From Candidatus Nanobsidianus stetteri (lineage in GTDB: Archaea; Nanobdellota; Nanobdellia; Nanobdellales; Nanobdellaceae): a stretch of DNA of 32,000 nt. Every line of letters begins with the position of its first letter. Positions within the stretch are counted from its first letter, which is position 1. The stretch spans positions 26,945 through 58,944 of the forward strand of contig APJZ01000005.1 of the NCBI GenBank assembly GCA_000387965.1. Direction: 5' to 3'. Positions 15,253 to 22,730 of the stretch are shown here, one piece after another. Made by a program: the position numbers and the translations under genes. Under the pieces are notes generated by a model. It was not told the DNA's origin. It saw only the letters and a program-made list of their open reading frames with translations, and made no database searches.

Positions 15253-17982
15253 TTATGAATAAAATAGTTCATAATTTCCAAATCCTTGTGGTATAAATGT
15301 ATTATTTGTAGATATTATATTTCCATTACCTGCTACTATCTTTTCTACAATATAACTAGTAGCAGGTGGTAGATCAATAAATGTAATATTTCCATTTATA
15401 TTTCCTATTATAGATATTCCTTCATAATAATTATATAATACATTATTTACATTTGCATTATATATTACACTACTTAAACTATTTACAAATCCTTGTGAAT
15501 TATTATAATATATATTTACACTTCCTGTAGATGTTGTTAAATTATTTATATATCCACTTCCATATATTTCCATACCCAATTGTGAATTATATAATGATAT
15601 ATTTGTTGCATTACCTGTTAAATAATATCCAAATAATCCTCCATTTGTTGTTACATTTATTATATTATTATAAGTAGTTTCATATAATCCAAATACTTGT
15701 CCTACTTTTATATAATCATTTTCTATATTATTTCCTGAAGAAGTTAAATATATTCCAAATATATTTGATTGTATATTATTATTTATTATATTATTATTAT
15801 TTCCGTTGTTTATCTTTATTCCAAATATATTTGATATTATATTATTGTTTTCTATTACATTATTTATTGCATTTCCATCAAAATATATTCCAAATATTTG
15901 TCCATTTATATTTGAATTATTTATTATTACATTATATGGATTATCATCATATATTCCCCATACTGATGATTGAATATTAACATTATCTATTGTTGAATTT
16001 TGTATATAACCATATATTGATCCTATATTTCCATTTATTGTAGAATTATATACATTTACTATTGATGGATTCTTTACATCTATTCCAAATAATCCTGAAT
16101 TTATATTTGAATTTATTAAATTTAATTCTCCATTATTTACATTTATTGCAAATAGATTTGTATTAATATTTATATTCTGTATTGTTACATTTGATGATAA
16201 TATTTGTATAACAGGTAATCCTGGATTTGCTGGTTCAAATATTGTATTTTGTCCTAATAATGTTATATTTTTTCCTTGTGGGTTTATTATTAAATTTACT
16301 AAATATACTCCTGGAGAGAATACTATTATTGGTATAGAACTATTAATTGCTGAATCTATTATTCCTTGTATTTGTGTATTACTTAGTGTATTATTTATTA
16401 CTGATACATTATATGAATTTTGTGATATATATATTACTTGTGGATTTGTATACTGATTTAATCCATAATTATTATATGCATATACTCTATACCATATTGA
16501 ATAATATCCATTACTATTTAATTTTGCATATTGTTGTAATATTCCATTGTATAATATATCTGAACATGAATTTGCTATTGTTACCCATTGATTGCTTGTT
16601 TGATTTAATAATTGTATATTACAATAATCTTGTCCTAATGTATTATCATATACATTTGAATTAATTTCTAATAACCATATATTTTCTTGCGTACCATTTG
16701 ATGGTGTAGGATATACATATGATACATTAAATATTGGTTGAGGTAATGTATAAATATATATTCCAGTTGAATTTGTCTGTCCTAATGGATTAGATGTTGA
16801 TAATTGTATTGTTATATTTCCACCATTTGGTATAATATTATATAATCCTGGTAAATTATATGATGAATTTTCATAATTTAATTGAATAATATTATTACCT
16901 GGTGTTACATTTATACTATATGTATTTCCATTTATTGTTACATTTACATTTGGATAGTTTGTATAAAATGATATATTTAGTTGATAGTAATTTGATATTG
17001 AATTATTTGAAGGAGAGATAATATATATTTGTGGGTTATTATATAATTGTTGTACATTAACTATTATTGTGGTAGAATTAGTAGCACCGTTCTGTGCTGT
17101 ACCTGAAATTGTTACTGAATATGTTCCTGGAGTAATTGAAGATGATGCAGTAACGGTTAAAGTTACAGATGCATTTGGAGTAATAGTAGTATTAGATAGT
17201 GAACATTGTAGATTTGAATTACTTGTAGAACAAGATAAAGTTACTGGCAAAGGTGTATTTCCTGTTAATTGATTTACATATATTGTTGTTGAATTACTAT
17301 AATTTGTATAAACATCTATATTACTTGGTCCTGTAATATTAAAGGTAAATACAGGAAATCCTAATACTAGTGCAGAGACATATTCAGTTGATCCTGGACC
17401 AGGGCCGACGTTAAATGAAACCTTATAACTACCTGGAGCTAAATCTTTACATTCTGCAGCATATACACTAATTTGAGGTGAAGATGTTAAAAATAATTGA
17501 GAACATCCGGAAGGTAATGTTATTCCGCCAATATTACCTCCATTCTTTGTTCCTCCCGAGGATATTAATATTAATACTGTATCATTTTGTCCAGAAACTG
17601 TATATGAAACTGTTACCGCAGTTGGTTTATTAAATGTATTTGTAAAAGTAGTTAAAATAACTGGAACAGAATAATTATTTATAGAAACTCCGCCTATTGC
17701 ACGATTATTAGATGTAGTAGTAAATGAACATGTATTTGTACTAGAATTTCCAATTACTGCAAAACCTCCATTATTTACCATTACATTAAAGCTTGGGGTA
17801 AGAGTTGAACCTGCAGAAGCAGCAACACAATAATATAGATTTGCTGTAGTTAATGTTATACTATTTGCTTGAGCACTATTACTTCCGACAACATCTGCTC
17901 CTACTTGTGAATATATACTAAATGTAGAAATTAATAATAGAAAACTTACTATAGCAAAATATAATATTCTTTTTATTCCCAT
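15253..17982 (-). CDS. Large secreted cell-surface protein: Sec signal peptide, S/T-rich Ig-like region, parallel beta-helix (PbH1/NosD-like) domain; S-layer or adhesin candidate
   Basis: The signal peptide is MGIKRILYFAIVSFLLLISTFSIYSQVGA. Residues ~531-815 show a beta-helix onset pattern (IQGIIDSAINSSIPIIVFSPGVYLVNLII..GKNITLLG). This is followed by ~22-aa repeats (..NSGLFGIDV.., ..SSVWGIYDD.., ..GQIFGIYFDG.., ..SNIFGIKIN.., ..SNIFGIYLT.., ..GQVFGLYET.., ..GGLFGYYLT..). I counted about 34 N-x-S/T sequons by hand. There is no C-terminal TM or sorting signal. Confidence 0.75.
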   Translation of the reverse strand: MGIKRILYFAIVSFLLLISTFSIYSQVGADVVGSNSAQANSITLTTANLYYCVAASAGSTLTPSFNVMVNNGGFAVIGNSSTNTCSFTTTSNNRAIGGVSINNYSVPVILTTFTNTFNKPTAVTVSYTVSGQNDTVLILISSGGTKNGGNIGGITLPSGCSQLFLTSSPQISVYAAECKDLAPGSYKVSFNVGPGPGSTEYVSALVLGFPVFTFNITGPSNIDVYTNYSNSTTIYVNQLTGNTPLPVTLSCSTSNSNLQCSLSNTTITPNASVTLTVTASSSITPGTYSVTISGTAQNGATNSTTIIVNVQQLYNNPQIYIISPSNNSISNYYQLNISFYTNYPNVNVTINGNTYSINVTPGNNIIQLNYENSSYNLPGLYNIIPNGGNITIQLSTSNPLGQTNSTGIYIYTLPQPIFNVSYVYPTPSNGTQENIWLLEINSNVYDNTLGQDYCNIQLLNQTSNQWVTIANSCSDILYNGILQQYAKLNSNGYYSIWYRVYAYNNYGLNQYTNPQVIYISQNSYNVSVINNTLSNTQIQGIIDSAINSSIPIIVFSPGVYLVNLIINPQGKNITLLGQNTIFEPANPGLPVIQILSSNVTIQNININTNLFAINVNNGELNLINSNINSGLFGIDVKNPSIVNVYNSTINGNIGSIYGYIQNSTIDNVNIQSSVWGIYDDNPYNVIINNSNINGQIFGIYFDGNAINNVIENNNIISNIFGIKINNGNNNNIINNNIQSNIFGIYLTSSGNNIENDYIKVGQVFGLYETTYNNIINVTTNGGLFGYYLTGNATNISLYNSQLGMEIYGSGYINNLTTSTGSVNIYYNNSQGFVNSLSSVIYNANVNNVLYNYYEGISIIGNINGNITFIDLPPATSYIVEKIVAGNGNIISTNNTFIPQGFGNYELFYS
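15538..16392 (-). repeat. Coding tandem repeats of the parallel beta-helix domain (period ~66 nt / 22 aa)
   Basis: A perfect 18-nt repeat attccaaatatatttgat occurs at 15752..15769 and 15818..15835, 66 nt apart and encoding SNIFGI. Degenerate copies flank it across the region. Confidence 0.6.
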
Positions 17983-18055
17983 GAAATATTAGAAAATATT
18001 ATCCAATATAAAATTATGATTGTTAATAAGTTTTATCATTTATGATAATCGAACC

Positions 18056-18128
18056 CGGGCCCGGGGGGATTCGAACCCCCGATCTTCGGGTTAAAAGCCC
18101 GACGCTTTACCAACTAAGCTACGGGCCC
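18056..18128 (-). tRNA. tRNA-Lys (anticodon TTT)
   Basis: The reverse complement gives a 73-nt cloverleaf. Its parts are acceptor GGGCCCG/CGGGCCC, D arm GCTT-AGTTGGTA-AAGC, anticodon arm TCGGG-CTTTTAA-CCCGA and T arm GGGGG-TTCGAAT-CCCCC, with discriminator G. There is no encoded CCA and no intron. Confidence 0.9.
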
Positions 18129-18172
18129 AACAATATTTAATTTATATTCATGATTCTTATATAAATTTTTCA

Positions 18173-18859
18173 TTATCCATATAAAGATATATAATCTATA
18201 GATCCATTAAAATATTGAAAATAATTTAAATGTACTGTTGGATAAATATTCATTAATATATTTGGAAGACCAACAATTTTATCCCCATTATATAAGTATA
18301 ATATTGTATTATAATTATTTATAATTAAGAATTTTTTACTTGTATTTATATAAATACTAGAATTTCCAATTAAATTAAAACTGCAATATAAGAAAGTTCT
18401 TGTATATACACTAAAAAATGAAGAACTTAAATAATTATTGCAATTATAATATGCAGAATTATTTGCTATACTAATATTTTGTGTTGTTCCATATATATAA
18501 ACTTGTAAAATTGATGATACATTTATATTAGAGTTCTGAATTATTTCTATATTGTTTGAACTCATATTATAAAAAAATTCTATACAATTATTACAAATAA
18601 AAGGGTTTGTAGATAGAAATATAACATCGGGAGTATAATAATATGAAAAAGAATAATTTATATAATTATATACTATTTGAGAATCATAAAATTGAGAAAA
18701 ATAAAAAGAACTAAGATACAATTTTTGATATTCTGATATTTTATATAATCCGGTAGAATATTGAGATAATCCACTAACTATATCTTGATATATATAAATT
18801 ATAATATATAAGAACACTGCAAGTGTAATTAATACCTCAATCCAACTTTGAGACTTCAT
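18173..18859 (-). CDS. Membrane-anchored extracytoplasmic protein with prepilin-like N-terminus (hypothetical)
   Basis: The N-terminus MKSQSWIEVLITLAVFLYIIIYIY is a short polar leader followed by a hydrophobic helix with an early Glu. The remainder is a Y/N/S-rich ectodomain with several sequons. It has an ATGA overlap with the upstream T2SSF gene. Confidence 0.4.
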   Translation of the reverse strand: MKSQSWIEVLITLAVFLYIIIYIYQDIVSGLSQYSTGLYKISEYQKLYLSSFYFSQFYDSQIVYNYINYSFSYYYTPDVIFLSTNPFICNNCIEFFYNMSSNNIEIIQNSNINVSSILQVYIYGTTQNISIANNSAYYNCNNYLSSSFFSVYTRTFLYCSFNLIGNSSIYINTSKKFLIINNYNTILYLYNGDKIVGLPNILMNIYPTVHLNYFQYFNGSIDYISLYG

Positions 18860-20136
18860 ATTGTTACATTAATACTTTGTTCTTGTATATATTTTTCCCC
18901 ATTATAATTTAATATTACTTCTACAATATATGTGCCAGTACTATTTAATTCAATGGATTGAGAATAATATCCATTCTGCAATATTGGAAAATTCTGATAA
19001 ACATAATTTCCAGCTGAATTTATTACATATATTGTTAATGGTGCATTTGATATTGGCTGCGCATCAATGTATCCATATACTTGTATGTTTATTGGAGTAT
19101 ATACATAAGCAGTTGTTGGAAAAACTTGTAAATTAAATGATACAAAAGAAGGTAAAACAAAAATTACTATAGATAATAATCCTATTAAATTATTTATTGC
19201 TAAATGTTTTACTGAAGACCTTATTTTTCCAGTTTCAGCAATACCCATTATAATTGATGCTGAAATTCCTACCATAATTATTGATAAAGCTGTAATAAAC
19301 TTTAACCATGGATAATTTATTTGAGAAGAAAAGAAATTAAATGCTGTATGAACAGTAGAAACTGAAACTTGACTTATTATCAATGGTTTAATTGTATTTA
19401 ATATAGAAATTGATAATCCAATAAATATAACAAATATAGCATATAAAACCATTATTTGTTGTGATACATATGCTTTCTTTAGTCCTTCTAATTCTTTTAC
19501 GGATTCTAGATCATTGTATAACCTTTTTAAAACCTTTGAAATATCACCTCCACCCTTATATGTTTCTAGTATTACGTAATTAATCATCTTTATGTTTGGA
19601 AGTTCTTCAAAATACATATTAAATAGCATAAATGCTTTTTCAAACGACATACCCCATGCAATCCAATTATACAATTTTTTAACTAAAATAGACAGATATC
19701 CCAAATCTACCGAAGACAGATATCCCAAAGCATCCAATAATGTCATTCCAGATGATAAACTTTCAGATAAATAAGATAAAAAATATGTATAATTATTAGA
19801 TATGTTTTCATATATTTTACCTTCAATATATTTGTAAAATAAATATGGAACTCCTCCTATAATATATATAACTATTATTAATATTGAAAGTGCTATATAG
19901 TTTTCATATAATTTAAATATTATTCCAAATATTCCAATAATTGCTGCAAATAAAATAGATATATACAATATAAATCTATCTTCTTTAATATATAAACCAA
20001 AAACATTTATCTCTTTATAATGTAATGGATCCTTTACATTAAAAATTTGATCTATAAATCTTTCAATTAATCCTTTCTGATTTACCTTTTTATTATATGC
20101 ATTAGTTATCATTATACTTTTAATTTTAGATGTCAA
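18856..20136 (-). CDS. Type IV pilus/archaellum platform protein, single T2SSF domain (TadC/FlaJ-like) with C-terminal beta-sandwich-like extension
   Basis: The T2SSF-type cytoplasmic domain is FLSYLSESLSSGMTLLDALGYL...WGMSFEKAFMLF...VILETYKGGGDISKVLKRLYNDLE, flanked by TM helices. The last ~92 aa (NLQVFPTT...TIYVINSAGNYVYQNF...GTYIVEVILNYNGEKY) look like a carboxypeptidase-regulatory/Ig-like fold. Confidence 0.7.
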   Translation of the reverse strand: MTSKIKSIMITNAYNKKVNQKGLIERFIDQIFNVKDPLHYKEINVFGLYIKEDRFILYISILFAAIIGIFGIIFKLYENYIALSILIIVIYIIGGVPYLFYKYIEGKIYENISNNYTYFLSYLSESLSSGMTLLDALGYLSSVDLGYLSILVKKLYNWIAWGMSFEKAFMLFNMYFEELPNIKMINYVILETYKGGGDISKVLKRLYNDLESVKELEGLKKAYVSQQIMVLYAIFVIFIGLSISILNTIKPLIISQVSVSTVHTAFNFFSSQINYPWLKFITALSIIMVGISASIIMGIAETGKIRSSVKHLAINNLIGLLSIVIFVLPSFVSFNLQVFPTTAYVYTPINIQVYGYIDAQPISNAPLTIYVINSAGNYVYQNFPILQNGYYSQSIELNSTGTYIVEVILNYNGEKYIQEQSINVTI

Positions 20137-20996
20137 TATTTAAATATATGGTTGATATATTTAATCAATTTTTTAGTGGTATAGAAAAGGATCTATTAAT
20201 AATTAATTCTAAGGAGGATCCTTTTAAGTATATATATAAAGCTAAAATATATTCAATAGGAATATCAATATCTATATCGATATTAACATTCTTTTTTCTT
20301 TTAATGTATAATATAAGAGTATATGGATCTTTTAATCCAGTTTCTCCAATAATATTTGGAATAACTGCTGGTATTTTAGGATTTTTTGGATCTTTATTAT
20401 TATTTAAGAAATATCCTTCAATAGAAAAACAAAATAGAGCTAGAAAAATAGATAATTCATTATATTATGCTGTATTATATATGGCTTCTTTAGTTTCTTC
20501 TGGTGCAACTCCAAAAGCGCTATTTGAATTATTGTCAAAATATAGCGAATTCTCAGAAATAAAAAAGGAAGCGTCTGATATAATATACTTAATAGATACT
20601 ATAGGATTATCATTACCAGTAGCATTAGAAAGAAAAGCAGAATATTCTCCTTCAAAGAAATGGGCTTCAATATTAAATGGAATGAAATCGATAATAGTTG
20701 AAGGTGGAAATCTTGAAGAATATTTATATAATGAAGCTGCAAAATTATTTGAGGAATATAAAAGAAAAATAATAGAATATTCGAACAATATGCAGGTATT
20801 CTTAGAAATATATATAACATTGATAATTGTAGGAGTTATATTTATAATTATATTAACTACATTGATGGGCTCTATTGCTGGAACAAACTTTCAATATATA
20901 GAATTTCTACAACTAATGAGTATATTGATAATATTGCCAATGGGTACAGCAATGTTTATTATATTACTAAAAGCAATTAGTCCGTTTGAAACATAG
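20130..20996 (+). CDS. Type IV pilus/archaellum platform protein, single T2SSF domain (TadB/FlaJ N-half-like)
   Basis: The sequence is RKIDNSLYYAVLYMASLVSSGATPKALFELLSKYSEFSEIKKEASDIIYLIDTIGLSLPVALERKAEYSPSKKWASILNGMKSIIVEGGNLEEYL followed by TM helices. This is the classic FlaJ/TadC-family domain pattern. Confidence 0.75.
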   Translation: MSIFKYMVDIFNQFFSGIEKDLLIINSKEDPFKYIYKAKIYSIGISISISILTFFFLLMYNIRVYGSFNPVSPIIFGITAGILGFFGSLLLFKKYPSIEKQNRARKIDNSLYYAVLYMASLVSSGATPKALFELLSKYSEFSEIKKEASDIIYLIDTIGLSLPVALERKAEYSPSKKWASILNGMKSIIVEGGNLEEYLYNEAAKLFEEYKRKIIEYSNNMQVFLEIYITLIIVGVIFIIILTTLMGSIAGTNFQYIEFLQLMSILIILPMGTAMFIILLKAISPFET

Positions 20997-21003
20997 TATA
21001 ATT

Positions 21004-21666
21004 TTATCCTCCACTAATGTTAAGATTATATATATTTAAAATATTTTGAACTAATTGATTATCATTTATTACTTTAATTTCTCCATTTTCTAATCCGCTT
21101 TTAATTATATCTACAAAATTTCCATTTTCATATTTCAAATAATCCAAAATTCTTTCTGATATTGAATATGAAAGATAGATTATCAATGTATTATTTATAT
21201 TATTTATATATGAAATTGGTATGTTTGTAATTCCATTATTAGTAAATACAAAGGCTCCACAGGAGTCACCTACACATAATATAAATGAATATTGTGGATA
21301 TATTATATTTAATTTTGTATAATATAATTTATAGTTTTCCATATATAGAGAATTATTTAATAAATAACCGTCTACCTCACTAATAAATTCTACAGAAGCA
21401 TTTGGATTGGTAAAATTAAGATTTTTTTGATTAAATACACCATTTATTGACATTTTAATTATATCATAAGTTGTTAAATTTAATTCATAATATCTAATTT
21501 CAGTCTCATTATCCGAAATGTTATAAACATACGGTAATTTAAGAGAATATACTGGATAAAATAAATATCTATATATTATTGAAGCTAAAATCATAAAAAT
21601 TGAAAATACTATTAAAAAAATCAAAATTTTATCTCTAATAGATGACTTCCTCAATATTCCTCTCAT
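21004..21666 (-). CDS. N-terminally membrane-anchored hypothetical protein (220 aa)
   Basis: It has a basic N-terminus plus TM helix (KILIFLIVFSIFMILASIIY), then an N/Y-rich ectodomain with sequons (NISD, NETE, NLTT, NFTN). It overlaps the ndk 3' end by 32 nt, as the last gene of the rps28e-rpl24e-ndk string. Confidence 0.4.
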   Translation of the reverse strand: MRGILRKSSIRDKILIFLIVFSIFMILASIIYRYLFYPVYSLKLPYVYNISDNETEIRYYELNLTTYDIIKMSINGVFNQKNLNFTNPNASVEFISEVDGYLLNNSLYMENYKLYYTKLNIIYPQYSFILCVGDSCGAFVFTNNGITNIPISYINNINNTLIIYLSYSISERILDYLKYENGNFVDIIKSGLENGEIKVINDNQLVQNILNIYNLNISGG

Positions 21667-22228
21667 AATTATAGATTTCTTCTGGCTTAAATATTATAGA
21701 TATCTCTCTTTCCGCATCTTTTTCAGTTTCTGATGCATGAACAACATTCCTTAAAACAATCTTATTCCAATTTGCATAAGCTATTGATACATGAGCATAA
21801 TCTCCTCTAATAGTACCTGGTGGAGCTTTTAAAGGTTCTGTCGGTCCAACTAATTTTCTAACTTCTTCTACACAATTAACACCTTCCAATACTATAGCAA
21901 CTACTGGACTTGATGTTATAAAATCTATCAACCATCCTCTTATTATACTTCCAATTTTCTTTGGATCATCAGTTCCAAATTCTTTTATAGGATCCAATCC
22001 CATCTCTTTATATCTTGCTATTGTCTTATTTCCAACACTTTCCAGCCATTTTTCATCTGCATAGTAAAATTGTTCTGCCTGTTCTCTTGTTAATTTTATC
22101 ATTTTTAATCCCATAATTTTTAAACCTGCTTTCTCAAATCTAGATATTATTTCTCCAATAATTCCTCTTTTAACACTATCTGGTTTTAGTACTACCAACG
22201 TCTTTTGTATTAAATGTTTTCCATTCAT
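21635..22228 (-). CDS. ndk: Nucleoside diphosphate kinase with internal insertions
   Basis: Motifs present: KTLVVLKPDSVKRGIIGEIISRFEKAGLKIMGLKM, SSPVVAIVLEG, APPGTIRGDYA and catalytic-His block RNVVHASETEKDAEREI. It is 197 aa, versus ~140-160 typical. Confidence 0.9.
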   Translation of the reverse strand: MNGKHLIQKTLVVLKPDSVKRGIIGEIISRFEKAGLKIMGLKMIKLTREQAEQFYYADEKWLESVGNKTIARYKEMGLDPIKEFGTDDPKKIGSIIRGWLIDFITSSPVVAIVLEGVNCVEEVRKLVGPTEPLKAPPGTIRGDYAHVSIAYANWNKIVLRNVVHASETEKDAEREISIIFKPEEIYNYERNIEEVIY

Positions 22229-22404
22229 GTTTTATTATAAAATATAGTCCATTTTAGCTTTTTATTATCTCTTTTCATTTCCCAATTTCTAATACACTTT
22301 CTTGAACAGAAATATAAAACGGTACCGTTATTCAATGCATATATAATTCCAGTACCAGGCTCTATTTCATTTCCACAATATGAACATTTATTCTTAACGA
22401 CCAT
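22225..22404 (-). CDS. rpl24e: Ribosomal protein eL24 (L24e), 59 aa; not in the supplied ORF track
   Basis: My manual translation of the minus strand is MVVKNKCSYCGNEIEPGTGIIYALNNGTVLYFCSRKCIRNWEMKRDNKKLKWTIFYNKT. It carries the zinc-ribbon pattern C.YCG..I.PG.G......G.V..FCS.KC and the ..KL.WT tail of L24e. It has an ATGA overlap with the ndk start and lies 2 nt downstream of rps28e. Confidence 0.85.
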   Translation of the reverse strand: MVVKNKCSYCGNEIEPGTGIIYALNNGTVLYFCSRKCIRNWEMKRDNKKLKWTIFYNKT

Positions 22405-22406
22405 CT

Positions 22407-22700
22407 TTAATCTTTCTTTTCAATTGGCATGGCCGATATTTCTGTTTCCCTTAATAATATTATATCCCCCTTTCTAACAGGTCCTATTACATTCCTTCTA
22501 AGGATTTTTCCGGAATCTGGACCATCAAGTACTCTTACAATAACGTGAGTAGCTTCACCCCTCATACCAGTTCTTCCAACTACATCTAATACTTCTGCTT
22601 TGTATCCTTTAGTCCATGTTACAATATTTTCCTTTACAACATTTTCTTCAGCATTCCTTATACCTTCTTCACCCACTTTTGATACAACTTTTCTAGGCAT
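22407..22700 (-). CDS. rps28e: Ribosomal protein eS28 (S28e) with ~27-aa N-terminal extension (start at Met-30 of the 126-aa track ORF)
   Basis: The core is YKAEVLDVVGRTGMRGEATHVIVRVLDGPDSGKILRRNVIGPVRKGDIILLRETE. The start at 22700 is preferred because the upstream 29 codons are F/Y/N-rich, run toward the divergent aglB start and would remove any promoter space. Confidence 0.85.
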   Translation of the reverse strand: MPRKVVSKVGEEGIRNAEENVVKENIVTWTKGYKAEVLDVVGRTGMRGEATHVIVRVLDGPDSGKILRRNVIGPVRKGDIILLRETEISAMPIEKKD

Positions 22701-22720
22701 ATTGTAAGTAATTGTAAAAT

Positions 22721-22730
22721 AATTTTTAAA
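22721..22730. promoter_or_regulatory. TATA-like element AATTTTTAAA centred about 27 bp from both divergent start codons (rps28e ATG 22700, aglB ATG 22753)
   Basis: The spacing fits the archaeal TATA position for leaderless or short-leader mRNAs on both strands. Specificity is low in such AT-rich DNA. Confidence 0.3.

Noticed and set aside
15765-17272. Three plus-strand ORFs (15765..15980, 16347..16664, 17069..17272) inside the surface-protein gene
   Set aside because: They are antisense to a 909-aa ORF with a signal peptide and clear beta-helix repeats. Two translate to Y/L/I/H low-complexity strings. The third (MVELVAPFCAVPEIV...) looks more protein-like only because it mirrors the locally GC-richer S/T/G-coding segment. 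It has no motif, and there is no room for a promoter.
17983-18055. Possible C/D box sRNA in the gap upstream of the surface-protein gene (ATGATA-like boxes)
   Set aside because: There are only imperfect C-box-like strings (TGATAA), no CUGA D box at the right spacing and no terminal stem. The region is better explained as a promoter.
18040-18056. T-loop-like sequence (GGTTCGATT on the minus strand) just 3' of tRNA-Lys, considered as a split-tRNA half, tRNA remnant or integrase att duplication
   Set aside because: Only about 9 nt match the T arm and there is no complementary stem. No integrase or foreign-looking DNA is adjacent. The apparent palindrome comes from the GGGCCCG acceptor stem itself.
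18930-19774. Plus-strand ORFs 18930..19136 and 19592..19774 (the latter with a DRYPK..DRYPK repeat)
   Set aside because: They are antisense to the 426-aa T2SSF gene. The peptide repeat is just the mirror of the 16-nt direct repeat reported as a finding.
20465-20820. Two overlapping minus-strand ORFs (107 aa and 73 aa) inside the plus-strand T2SSF gene
   Set aside because: The plus-strand frame carries the conserved FlaJ/TadC domain exactly here. The antisense frames are low complexity and mutually overlapping.
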